In this document: positions 23,856 to 36,732 of the stretch, piece by piece | How the letters are laid out: every line of letters starts with the position of its first letter | Position numbering within the stretch: position 1 is the first letter of the stretch | Assembly (NCBI RefSeq): GCF_902713615.1 | Contig: NC_052149.1 | Location: 212,329,623 to 212,393,622 of the forward strand | Direction: 5' to 3' | Origin: Scyliorhinus canicula | Lineage: Eukaryota | Length of the DNA stretch: 64,000 bases | Made by a program: the position numbers and the translations under genes | The notes under the pieces: model-generated | What the model was told of the DNA's origin: nothing | What the model saw: the letters and a program-made list of their open reading frames with translations, nothing else | Databases searched by the model: none

Positions 23856-24286
23856 TTAATGATCTGGAGAACGGGGCTAACTCGTGTCTGGGTGACGTAA
23901 GCAAGCTTATTTCCGAAGCGTGGTTTCACATTCTAGCATTAGTAGTAATTTGCTGAAGGGGGGGGGGGGGGGGGAGTTCCTGTCTTATCTTGCCCTATGT
24001 CTCCATTTTTAGTTTCAATATAAAACACTTATGGGACAAACTCAGCAGATCCTACAGCATCTGGAGAGAGCAAGGAGCCAAATTTTCCAGTCAATAATTC
24101 AGACTGTAAATGTTGCTCCCTTCTCTGCCAAAGATTGCTGCGGTCGGACCTGCTGAGATTGTCCAGGAATTTGTTTCAGATTCTTGCATCAGCAGTAATT
24201 TACTTGTTATACTATGGGTGGATTATTGGTCAATATTGACACTTGCAAACCTGTAACATTTGCCCTTTCTGGTTGTTTTTTTGCAG

Positions 24287-25167
24287 AGGTATTTGAACAG
24301 GATGTGTTTTATGGCCTGGATCCTGTGACTTCTCGAGAACAGCTGCTACGATCTGTGCTGCTGTACTCTGTGGACAAAGCGGAGCCTTCCCGGCTGCGGT
24401 GCGAGGGTGAGGTGACGGTGCGGGAGGCGAAGCCGCTTCCCGCGCAGACCTGCTCCAGTGACAGCCCTTCGCTAACCTTCCGCCTCCGACTGGAGCGCCG
24501 GAGGCGGCGCCGCTGGCTGGAGGTGGACCTGGCCTCCTTCCTGCAGCCTTTCCTGGGGCCTGGGCGCGGCGGCCTCCGCTTGGGCTTCACCTACCGGTGT
24601 GGCCGGCGGTGGGGGCTCGGAGCCGGCGCGGGCATGCGGCCCCTCCTCCCTCAGGCCGCCCTCCCGGCCCCGTCCCTGCTGCTGTTCCTCAACGAGACGC
24701 TGGAGGAGCCGGCCCGCCGGAGCTGGCTGCCGCCGCAGGCCGGATCCCGGGCCGGGGGGCCGGTGCGGCGCCGGCGGAGGAGGCGCCCCCAGGGGGAGCC
24801 GGAGCCGAGCGCAGCCTGGCCCGGGCGCTTCCCCCACCTCCAGTACCCCGACCACGAGTGCCGGCTGCACGACCTGCGCTTGTCCTTCAGCCAGCTCCGC
24901 TGGGAGCGCTGGATCATCGCCCCGCACGACTACAACCCCCACTACTGCCTAGGCGGCTGCCCCCGGGCGCTCAGCCACCGCTACGGCTCGCCCGTCCACA
25001 CCCTCATCCAGAACATCCTCTACGAGAAAGTGGACTCGTCAATTCCCCGCCCGTCCTGCGTCCCTTCCCAATACAACCCGCTCAGCGTCCTCACTCTGGA
25101 GAACGACGGCTCCATCGTCTACAAGGAGTATGAAGACATGATCGCGACCACCTGTACCTGCCGCTAG
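24287..25167 (+). CDS. GDF9: Growth differentiation factor 9, coding exon 2 (406 aa in total)
   Basis: Acceptor TTTTTTTGCAG| is phase-compatible with exon 1. APSLLLFLN prodomain motif, polybasic cleavage site, and a TGF-beta cystine knot with RYGSPVHT, PRPSCVP (Ser in place of the dimerising Cys) and YKEYEDMIATTCTCR, diagnostic of GDF9. Confidence 0.96.
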
Positions 25168-28100
25168 TGTGGCCCTGGGCAATCTGGGGAGAAAGGAGAA
25201 TATCGCTGCTTGGGGAAAAGCCAAGAAAATCGCCATGTGTTTACCAGACTCTTTTATTTCTCTATTTATATATAATATATATTGTTTTCCTGCTATTTAA
25301 TTGTCGATTCTGGTTGTGTATATTATTATCCCGGGTTCGAATGTTGCCCCAGTGCATAACTGTGACTTCCAGCTTGAACCCAACTTGGGGAAGTTTTTTG
25401 GGTTTTTTTTCGCCCCAGTGTGCCGAGTTTCTGTCCCGACTGTGATGATAAATCTTTGTTTTTAATGTTTAGAAAAGTGTTCGACTGTATATAGAGGCGA
25501 TAAGTGTCCAAAATGACGTTTTTCTTGGCCATGCAGGCATGGAAAGTTGGGTACACACCAAGATTTATCAATGCCACTTTCACCCGCCCCTATAATCCCC
25601 CCCTTTATTATTCGGAACTTTTTTTATACAAACGTTCGGTGATGTGGCAAATTTTATTTGGGTGGGTTACCAGTATTTATTCAGAGTGGATTAATCAAAT
25701 ACTATTCTAATGAGAAACGAGTGTATTTCACGAAACTGTGCATAACCGCCAGTGACGCGAGCGAGAAATGTTTCCACATTGGGGCTGAAATTCACGGACT
25801 TTGTACATTTGCTCCCTTGCTGGAGATTTCTTAGCTTCGTTGCTGGAGAATTCTTTGCATTGCGGTTGTTGAAAACTTAAAGATGTAACTTTTAAAACCA
25901 TGTTTTTAAGGATACATGAGTGAGAATGGACTTTTTTTTGCACAATTCTTTAATATGTGTGGTACAAAACCCTGGTGGTACCTGGTGAAGTTTATACTAT
26001 AGTGTATGGAATCTTTGAACAAGCAGGCGCTGGCTCTGTTTTGAAGGACAAAACAAATTAAATGATAATTGCAAATGATTTGAGTCTCCAATTTTGCTTT
26101 CTTTGTGAAATTTGCTACCCCAGAGTGCAATGGATGTTGGGACACTGTAAATGTAAAGAAAAGAGGTGTTTATCATTTGGGTTACATGTAAAGAGGCGTT
26201 TGGTTTATAGAGAATAGGCAGGATGGAGTGGAGGCCGTTATTAGGTTAGGTATCCTATTGAATTGTGGTGCAGGCTACTGAGGCTACTTTTCCCTAGTTC
26301 TTGTAATCTAATCTTCATTGTCACAAGTAGGCTTACATTAACACTGCAATGAAGTTACTGTGAAAAGCCCCTAGTTGCCACATTCCAGCACCTGTTGGGT
26401 ACACAAGCGAGACTTCAGAATGTCCAATTCAGGTAACCAGCATGTCTTTGGGACTTGTGGGAGGAAACCAGAACACCTGTGCAGACTCTGCACAGACAAG
26501 TGACCCAAGCAGAGAATCAAACCTGGGACCCCAGTGCTAACCACTACTACCGTGCTGTCCACCATGCTGGAGTTTAGAAAATGCCATAGTTTTGGTCCAA
26601 GAAATAACTATTCTGTCTTACTTCCAGCTCTTGCCCATGGGACAACAGGACCAGACCAACAGCACCTAGAGCACACAATGTCAGTCACAGAAATTGGGAC
26701 TTGGGCAATACGCTGAACATTTTTTTTTTTCAAATCTACATCTGAGCCCAGCCAAGAAGGCTGTAATTGTCGTAATGTTCATCTGACATAGCCTCCTGGT
26801 TAAATGCTGGAGTAATTTTAAAAATAGAGTACCTGATTTTTTTTTTTTCTCCCCAATTGACTGGGTAATTTTGGTGTAGCCAATTCTCCATCTAACCTGT
26901 GGCCAATTCTCCATCTAACCTGCGCATCTTTGCATTGCCAGACATGGAGAATGTGCAAACTCTACAACAGTGACACAGGGCTGGGGCCTTGCCACTAGGC
27001 AGCAGTGCTAACCACTGTGCCACCATGCTGCCATATTGTATAAGCTGTCACCCAACTGGAATTGCCATGACTGTTTCAAATTTAATTTTCCACAAATGTT
27101 GCCTTACAAATAGATATCACCTTATTTGTTATGCTGCAAGTCTGCCATCCAGTAGTGATGAGAAGCAATTTCCTCAATGGAAGACTTGTATTCCTGTTAT
27201 GCTTTGGTTACTACATCCTCGTATATAATCAAGACCAACTACTACCACCTTGAAGATTACATGCTACTATTGAAAAGATAACTCTTGATACCTTGTATTA
27301 CTGCCACATTGCAGGCTTCCCACGTGTTAGCTCTTCAAAAATGCTTCTGCTGTAACCTCTATTTTCTATTTACTGACCTGTTGCTCACTAACATTGTTCA
27401 AAAATGTACCAATATCTTGCCATTGCCTGCTCTTTCTCAAATCCCCTCCAACACTGATTTCCGACACCGCACTATTAAACATTTGGTTCTAGAATTCCTT
27501 CCCTAAGCTGCCACTGCTTCCTCAATTTTACTTTAAGCTTTTTTTTGTCACCTGTCCAATATTTCTTTCTAATTTGCTGTTATGATTGAGATCATGCCCC
27601 GGTGAATGGTGTGCTATTTCCGGGGCAGAATGGCCTCAAATGACTGTCTCTAATACGTGGTCTCAACAACCCCTATGGTTAGCAGCAGCTGACTTCCTGC
27701 AAAATCTGCCATTCAAAGAGAACTAACCCTATGATCATTTGTTGTTTAAGCTGGAGGCTCCATTTTCTAAAGATTGCTGTGGGTTTATCAGGTGGATTCA
27801 ACCTTAATCACATTCAGTACCTGGTACAATAAGTTCTAATGTGAGACCAACCCCTCTTAAGGGAGAAATTGTCATTAATTAGCTGACAAAAATACTGAGA
27901 CCTAAACTGAACCTCCAGAAACTGCACACTATTTGAAAGTTAGAGGGGGTCTTAAGATCAGGAAGCTTGTGCACAACTGTTCACTTCAATGACAGGACAG
28001 AACATCTGCGTGACTTAAGTATTAGAATGGCTGTTGAAGGAACCTTGATGAGAAACATGAATAGATTCTTGAGTTTGCCAATTTGTCCACATTTTTAATC

Positions 28101-29039
28101 CCCATGAGCAATTCAACTATGAGGGAGAGTGGGTACCATTAGAAGCATAAATGGTCTTGCTATTCCAAAGGATTGGGGAGGTGGAGTTCCTAGCAACATA
28201 TAATTTGTATTTTTAGTGTCCTTGACATAGTAAAACATGATAAGATGCTTCATAAGAACATTGTTATGCAAAAATGTTCATTCAACCACATTAGGACAGA
28301 TGTTTACATTTGTTTTTTAGAAGGAGTAGAAATGGTTTAGAGATAATTCTGGTGCTCAGTATCTAGACAGATGGAAGTAAAGCCACCAATGCTGGAGCCA
28401 TCACACTTCAGGGATCCAGCAGTGGCTGGAATTGGGCTTGCTCAAGGATCATGGAGGTGATTGCAGAGAGGGGGCAGTTTTGTTACAAGTCTGTGGTTAA
28501 GTGCACAAGTGACAATTTAAGGCGTACTTGTTCCGCAAATGCGAAATATCAAGTTGCCAGTTCTGAAGAAGAATCACATTGGACCTGACCCCTCTCTGCA
28601 GTTACTACTGCCAGACCTGCTTGCATTTTTCCAGCATTTCTATTTCAAGTACTCTGTGGTGCCTAATTGTGTCGTGTGTCCTTCAACGTGTCGACCAAAG
28701 ACCACACAGAACATCAGCCCCATTTGGCCATAGCGAATATAAAATAAACCACTCATCTTCCCCCACCCCACTTATTTCACAGAATTTACAGTGCAGAAGG
28801 AGGCCATTTGGCCCATCGAGTCTGCACCGGCCCTTGGAAAGAGCACCCCACCCAAGCCCACACCCTATCCCACCTTCTTGGACACTAAAGGCAATTAATT
28901 TAGCATAGCCAATCCACCTAACCTGCACATGTTTGGATTGCGGCAGTCTGGGCTATCCTGTAGACTTTTATGGAATTAAATTTCACCATCTGCCATGGTG
29001 GGATTCTAACGCTGAGTCTCTGGATTACTAGTCCAGTGA

Positions 29040-29279
29040 CAATACCAGTGCACCGCACCCACAGTCGTCTAGAGATGGCCGAGGCCAGGCTGTGCTGAAC
29101 TCGCAGTCGGAGTGTCCAGATTGGCACGAGTGCTTCATTGCACGTGACCCTTAACGCGCGCTGGTCTGGTTACGTCGGCCGTCGCCTGCGTACGCATGAC
29201 GTAAATGCGTCCGGCGTGGGGGTGGGGCCTGCGGGAGAGGAGCCGCCGCCATTAGAGTCGCAGCCAAGGAGACAGGAAG
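29040..29279 (+). promoter_or_regulatory. UQCRQ: CpG-rich housekeeping promoter and probable non-coding exon 1 of UQCRQ
   Basis: CpG cluster with E-box CACGTG (29141), NRF1-like TGCGTACGCA, CRE-like TGACGTAA, GC box and YY1-like GCCGCCATT. Donor AAG|GTGAGG at 29279/29280. The link to UQCRQ is inferred. Confidence 0.65.
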
Positions 29280-29949
29280 GTGAGGAGAGGAGAGGGGGAA
29301 GGAGGACCAGCGGAGTCGGAAACGGATTAAAAGGGGAGCAGCTACCCTTTTAAGAGAAAGGCTGGGACGGAAATGTTAGGAGCGGGAATTGAATGTCGCG
29401 GGAGAAGGCGACAGTGAGTGATGGGGATAGACGGGAATGAAGGGCCGCACTCCCTCTCTCTCTCTCATACCCTGTCTGCCCGGGAGAGGCTCCTGCCTTC
29501 TCGGCTTTCAATATTGAGAAGCCGAGGTTCCCAATACAGAGCACTGCCAATAACGCAAACGAAACACCAACGCTGCTCCCCGCCTGGCTCCAGTGTTGTC
29601 CTGGAGGGGTGCTCTGGCCTTGCTGGCTCTGAACCTGCTGGACCTGACCTCCTCCTCAGAGGGCAGACTGTCACCGGCTACAGTGTTTACTTTGGCATAA
29701 TGGGAAGGAGAGCTGAAGATGTCGAATGGTGTGATACCAACAGTTATTGGCACCAAGTCACCATTTTCAAGAAATAGTGTTGGATAAAACCCCTGCCAGT
29801 TCTTCCACTTGAAAATGCTGATTCGTTTAAACATTAGCTATTTTGATTCTCACCACCCCCAAGTGTGTTACAAGTGATGTCTTAACCAAGCGAAAATTGC
29901 AAGAACAAATCTGACCTGGCTTAGTATTGATTTTTAAGGCTTTTAGAAC

Positions 29950-31395
29950 ATCAATTGTCATGTGTACAGAGGTACAGTGAAAAGTATTGTTCTGTGTACA
30001 GTCCAGACAGATTGTTCCATACATGACAAAAAACATAGGACGTACATAAATACACAATGTAAATACAGAGGCACAGGCATCAGGTGAGCATACGGAGTGC
30101 AGTCCTACTCGGTAGGGAAGATAGAACATAGAACAGTACAGCACAGAACAGGCCCTTCGGCCCTCAATGTTGTGCTGAGCCATGATCACCCTACCCAAAC
30201 CCACATATCCACCCTATACCCGTAACCCAACAACCCCCCCCCCCCCCCCTTAACCTTACATTTATTAGGACACTACGGGCAATTTAGCATGGCCAATCCA
30301 CCTAACCCGCACATCTTTGGACTGTGGGAGGAAACCGGAGCACCCGGAGGAAACCCACGCACACAGGGGGAGGACGTGCAGACTCCACACAGACAGTGAC
30401 CCAGCCGGGAATCGAACATGGGACCCTGGAGCTGTGAAGCATTTATGCTAACCACCATGCTACCCTGTTGCCCCCTAACGTGTGTGACGAGATCAGTTCA
30501 GACCATAAGAGTGTCATTCAGGAGTCTGGTAACAGTGGGGTAGAGGCTATTTTTGAAACCGTAAGTGTTCTGAGACTTGAGGTGGCGCAGTGGTTAGCAC
30601 TACTGCCTCAGCTCCAGGGTCCCGGGTTCAATTTCAACCTCTGGTCACTGTGTGCAGTTTTCACTTTCTCCCTGTGTCTGCATTGGTTTCTTCCCGGTGC
30701 TCTGGTTTCCTCCCTCAGTCCAAATATGTGCAGGTTAGGTGGATTGGTCATGCTAAATTGCCCTTCAGTATCGAAAAGGTGAGGTGGGTTAATGGGGATA
30801 GGATGGAGGAGTGGTCTTAGGTAGGGTGCTCTTTCCAGGGGCCAGTGCAGACTCGTTGGGCCGAATGGCCTCCTGCACTGTAAATTCTATGATTTTTGTA
30901 TCCTGCTTGATGGAAGAAATTGGAAGAGAGAATAACCTGGGTGGGAGGGGGTGTTCTTGATTATGCTGTCCACTTTCCCAAGGCAGCAGGAGGTGTAGAC
31001 AGAGTCAATGGATGGAAGGTGGGTTCACGATTCTCTGTAATTTCTTATGGTCTTGGGCTGAGCAGTTGCCATACCAGGCTGTGATGCAGCTAGTTAGGAT
31101 GCTTTCTATGGTGCACCTGTAAACGTTGGTAAGAGTCAGTATGGACATGCTGAATTTCCTTAGTTTCCTGAGGAAGTATAGGCGCTGTTGTGCTTTCTTA
31201 GTCATAGTGTCGCCGTGGGTGGACCAGGACAGTTTGTTGATGTGCACACCTAGAAATTTGAAGCCTACAACCATCTTCACCTTGGCACCATTGATGCAGA
31301 CAGGCGTGGATGTGATACTTTGCTCCCTGAAGTCAATGACAGGCTCTTTAGTTTTGCTGACTTTGAGGGAGAGATTGTTGTTGTTACACCATGCA
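29950..31395 (-). mobile_element. Rex1/Babar-type LINE 3' fragment interrupted by two HE1 SINEs (30121-30465 -, 30580-30892 +)
   Basis: WCNNNNLSLKVSKTKE..DFR..FKFLGVHI..LSWS..KKAQQRLYFLRKLRKF..IESILTSCITAWYGNC. 3' tail at ~29950-30115. Confidence 0.8.
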
Positions 31396-32249
31396 AATGA
31401 GCTGAAGTACAAAGCAAATGTTATCTAGCATACAAAATTGTTCAAGTGGCCTTTCTGTGCTGTGAACCTTTTGATTCTCATGGTTAAATTAAAGTTTTTT
31501 TTAAAGTTCCCATCACAGCTGGTTAAAACAAACTTGTGCTTAAAGCTGAATGTATTTAAGGCCATTAAATCAAGTGGTGTATTCAGCTACTAATGTGTCA
31601 GGGAAACCTTTGACCTGAAGGCTGACTATATCAAGGGCCATTGGTTGAAGAATATTCTCAACTTGTACAGAAAATAGTAGCATCTGGGAATTAATCTATT
31701 GTTTAATCTGACTTTAAGTGAGAACGCTTAACCTATCTAAAACCCCAAATTAATTTATGGCCTTGTAATCACCATGTTGTATGTACCTTGTAATTGTTTT
31801 TGAGAAACTCTTGGATGGAGTCATTTTGTTTTGGTCATCTTGTGACTTTTTAAAAGAAATAATATGCCAAACAGCAGGACATCAGTGTAGTATAAACTTC
31901 AGCAGTGTTTTTTAATCTCTTCCCTAAGATTGCCAAACCTGAAGCTCCATTATTGTCCTCCCAAAACAATTAATTTCCAAATATTTTTCTTGCCAATATC
32001 ATGATTTGCATTGTGTTTTGTGGCACTATCATCATGCTAAATGGGATAGATTCAGCTGGGATCTACGAGCTCAAAATCGGGCAGCCATGAGGCACTATAG
32101 AGCCATGAGACCAGCAGCGTTATATTCCACCAGTCTATAACCTCATGCCCTGCATATTCCTCAATCAACACCATATCATCAATCCAGGGGCTAACTCTGG
32201 TTCAGTGAAGATTGTGGAAGAATATATTGAGTGCAGCTGGGTTGTGTAT

Positions 32250-35200
32250 TGTACTTGCAGGATAAAATAAAGGAATTGCTGAAGCACATATGTTGAACGC
32301 AATAATCAAGAGGGTTATCAGATGCTTGTTGAGTATCACATGACAACTGTTAGGGACCACTTGTAAGGTCCAATACAAATAACTATCGTATTTTTACATA
32401 CTCATGTACATGTGTATGTAGATATATATGTATATACCGCACACATGACTGGCACAGTCCAGCTTTTTTCTCTATCTGGGCATCGACTCTTGCCAAAAAA
32501 AGTAGCTAAGTTCCATCATTCGAACTATACCTGGGTGTCCTTCATGTAATTGTCCCAATACTCTTTGCTGCAAATTTGGAGGAATTATTACTCTCATCCT
32601 CCACAACAGGCATCCCACTTTGTACTGTAAATTTGAGTTTCCTGGAAATATGCAACTTTAATTCAGGATGCGTTCCTGCTCCGCTCCCCTTTAACACAAT
32701 TTTCAGTACCTTGCACACCACAGGATCATTTCTCGTATGTCATTGGACTTGAGCTGCAGTCACTGGATTGTGTTCTATCTGCAGACAATAGAAGATATTT
32801 TCATCACTGGGTGTTATCTGACCAGCAGGGGTGGCACAGTGGGTAGCACTGCTGCATCACAGCGCCAGGGACCTGGGTTCAATTCCGGACTCTGATCACT
32901 GTGTGGAGTTAGCACTTCCTCCCCGTGTCTGCGTGGGTTTCGTCCGGCTGCCGGTAATGGTAACTTTGGGTTGAAATGTGCCAACATTTCTGACTTCAGT
33001 GTTTGATTAGCTGACTGATATGATTTTTCACATTCCGGTGTCCTTTTCCATGCTTCTTTCGCGCCTAACAAGATATGTAACAGTTTAAGTAGGGTTGCTA
33101 GATTTGGGATGAACTTCCCATAGTAGTTAGTTAACCCTAGGAATAATCTTAACTTGTGTCACATTCATTGGTTGTGGAGCCTCCACAATAGCTTCCATCT
33201 TTCTGGGTACTTTGTGTAAACCCTTACTATTGATTACGAGTCCTAACTATTGGATTGAGGTTTGAAAGAAATCACACTTGGCTTTCCTCACATGAAGACC
33301 ATGCACCTAAAGGTGTTTTAATGTGGATTCTAAATTATGTAAGTGTTCTTGTTCGTCGGTGCCAGTATTTAAGTACCAGTATATCAAGGTAACGCTGCAC
33401 TCCACCCCCATAAACCTAATAGAAAAGATCTTTGTGTGATAATGGTGAGCAGGTGTTGAGATTCAGCTGTAGCATTCATTTGCAGATAGGCCTGTGATAG
33501 GTCAATCTTGCTGAACTTCTGTTCTCCTGCTAGGCTGGCAAACAAATCCTCATTCAATTATTTTTTTGTTCATGGGACGTGGGCGTCGCAGGCTGTGCTA
33601 GCATTTATTGCCCTTGAGGGGCAGTTAAGAATCAACCACATTGCTGTGGGTGCAGAGTCACATTTGGCCAGACCAGGTAAGGATGGCAGATTTCCTTCTC
33701 TAAAGGACATTAGTGAACCAGATGGGTTTTTACTACAATCGACAACAGCTTCATGGTCATCATTAGACATTTAATTCCAGATATTTTATTGAATTCAAAT
33801 ATTACCATCTGCAGTGGCAGGATTTGAACCTGGGACCCCAGTAATCCCACTGGATTACTAGTCCAGTGATAAATGCCACCACCGCCCCAATGGTAGTGGT
33901 TATTGGTCCGTGCATTGAACTGGATTGATTGTTTTAAAATCTTCGTAGATGTGAATTGTCCCACCGTGCCTCATTGCAGGCACAATAGGAGTTGCCCTTT
34001 CACTGGTAGTGACGGGTTCGAAGACTCCTGTACCCACATGGCTCATTAGTTCAGATTCTACCATTGGATGTATAGCATAAGGTACTGTTCTGGTGTTGGA
34101 ACGCTTCAGTTGGCTATTTTGCTTGATCTTTCAGGACACTTGTACTCCTTTCACGGACCATAGTGTCCTTGAATACACAGTTGTATTTTCCTTGGTTTGT
34201 CGGTAAATCCTTCTCTGAATGATCTAAGCTTCCTACTGCACTCCAGTTTAATTTGATCTTTTCCAGTCAAGAGCAGTCGAAGAGAGCTGGAAAACTTCCT
34301 CGAACCATATGAAGTGTCAGCTCCTAAGTTGTCCCACTTAACTTTTCTTTGACTGTGATGCATCCTCATTAAAGACACTAACCTCTGTGTATGTCCTTAA
34401 AGTGACATCTGCTGGCTCCAATGGTAGGTGATTCAGTTTCTCTTCATCAATGGTCTCAGAAATTAAGCTCTCCTATCAGCCTCCCATTTGTACAGGTTGT
34501 CCATTCAGTTTTGGAATTTCCCAGCTTCAGTGCGATTCATCTTGGACAGATAGTGCGTTCAACTTCAGTTATTCATCAGAACCATGTACTCTTATTTTCA
34601 TTATTTTTATTTTCTTCTACTTTGTGAATTTTCTTAGCTGAATTTCATCTTTTAGAAATGTTCTATGTTTTTCCTTGAAACTTTTATTCCAGCAAGCTCT
34701 TGCTGTGTGACCAGTTCTGCCACAATTTTTGCATTGGCGACACTTCCTCCTGCAATCAGCCTGTGAATGGCCAGTTTTTGCACAGCGTGACATGCCTGTT
34801 GCTGAGTTGACCTTTTCTGGGCGGCAGCCAGTTTATGGATCATTGTACCTACTCCAAGCTAAGAAGTCTCTTGAGCAGCAAGCCAATATCTCGTGCTGTT
34901 TTCAAACTTAGATTTTGTTCCATTCTTAATCTCTGAAATGCCTTATTTTCCAACCCATAAACCAAGCATTCTCTAATGATATCATCACGCAAGTCACCAA
35001 GTTCGCAAATCTTCGTGAGGCACTTGAGGGTCGCAATGAACTGCTCAATGTTTCCCGCTCTAGCTGATTACTTTTTAAAAATAAATTTATAGCACCCAAT
35101 TCATTTTTTTCCAATTAGTGGGCAATTTAACATGGCCAATCCATCTACCCTGCACATCTTTGGGTTGTGGGGGCAGGACCCATGCAGACACGGGAAGAAT

Positions 35201-36060
35201 GTGCAAACTCCACACAGACAGTGACCCGGGGCTGGGATCGAACCCGGGTCCTCTGCGCTGTGAGGCAGCAGTGCCACCCTCTAGTTGATTCGTTTGACAA
35301 AATTAAAACCTCTCCATGATAGTTAATGTCTTTGGTGTGTAATGGTCTTTATTTTAACCAATTCTTGAAAAATGTTGTCTCTGGGTTTCTCAGGTTGGAC
35401 CAAACTTCAGAGTAAGTTAAAAGTAATTTGATTGACCCGGATACAATAGTGGATCTCTCTACATATGATTTCCAGTTTTCCTCAAATGGATCGAGGGCAC
35501 CAAGTTTCCCGCCATTTTTTCAGCAGTATTGAAATGCTCGCGCAACTTCCTTTCTGTCAATGGTGTATCTTAAATATGGTGAATAAGCCAATTGTATCCT
35601 ACATGTATATTCTTTGCCCCACCCCTGCCCAATCCGTGTCTTACTTGACTCCACATGGCGGATTCTGCAGCTGAATTCCAAGTGCTGATTTAAATCTGGA
35701 ATGGACCTTTTGAATTTGTGGGCAAAACCTAACCAGCCCAATGCCGGGTATAGGGTGCGAGGTGCAATCGCTGACTCATTACTAATCTGCCTCAAAAGTC
35801 GACGTCAACATCTTTGATTTTCTTTAGTCAAAAAATTTGTTTTTTCCAATCCATTCCTTGATGCCCGTTTAATCTATCCTGCTGTGTAATGTACTAAGAA
35901 AAGAATTGCCGAAGCACATGGGTTGAACAGAATAGTCAACATAGGTTTATTAGATGGTTGTTAACTGTACAAAAGCTAGGTGTAGGCTGAATGTCTCTAA
36001 GCCTCCAAGGTAGCCGATGACTCAACTCTTATGTAACTGCATAACTATCAACCCACATAC
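32250..36060 (-). mobile_element. Degraded Mag-clade Ty3/gypsy element in UQCRQ intron 1
   Basis: LTR-like direct repeat (GAATTGC.GAAGCACAT..GTTGAAC at ~32273 and ~35902), gag start (KLGALDPFEENWKSYVER, ~35500), RT motifs FSKIDLSQAYLQ and YLD..TGTDEQEHLHNL (~33330-33515). Several SINE insertions. Confidence 0.65.
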
Positions 36061-36296
36061 ATAAATAAGCTGCATTTTGAAGGTAAGTGTTTCTTTTGAG
36101 GAAATTTTTATTATTGATTAGAAGGTTGTGACAGTAGGTTAACATGTGCTTTGGCTTGTGCAGAAAATACAATATTTGTAGATTTCAGTATTGATTAATT
36201 TGTGTGGAATTTGCAGTTGCAGTTTACGTGCCTGAATGATGCATGACATTTTCGTACTTCTGTTTTCCACAGAACTTTGGATTTAGTGGCTGCAAA

Positions 36297-36450
36297 ATGG
36301 GCCTCCACTTTGGAAACTTGATCAAGGTACGACACATCATCACCTACACCATCTCTCCCTTTGAACAGAAGGCATTTGCGAATTATTTGTCCAAAGGAAT
36401 TCCCAATACATGGAGGCGATTCAGGGGTCAAGTGCTTCGAGTTGTTCCAC
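36297..36450 (+). CDS. UQCRQ: Cytochrome bc1 complex subunit 8 (QP-C), first coding exon
   Basis: MGLHFGNLIKVRHIITYTISPFEQKAF..KGIPNTWRR..LRVVP. Acceptor AG at 36271-36272, donor C|GTATGT, phase 1. Confidence 0.96.
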
Positions 36451-36732
36451 GTATGTATAATAGTGTTTCCATTAGCAATACAGACATTTTCTCTACTGAT
36501 ATTAATTTTAAGACTTTGGATTTTACTTTGCAGGTGAAGTATAGGTTTAGTTTCTGCTGACGCACTATCAAAACATTTAATTTATATGGATCGAACTTGA
36601 CCGTATGTTAATTTTGAACAAAAACACGGATAGGTTGATGGTATGATGAATTGGTATGCCTGTGGCTGTGATAACATATTAATCATTTGCACTAATTATA
36701 ATCTTGCATACACTCTCAATACAGGTAAACAT

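Noticed and set aside
24309-25133. Several overlapping ORFs on both strands within GDF9 exon 2
   Set aside because: Expected from stop-codon scarcity in very GC-rich DNA. No recognisable motifs.
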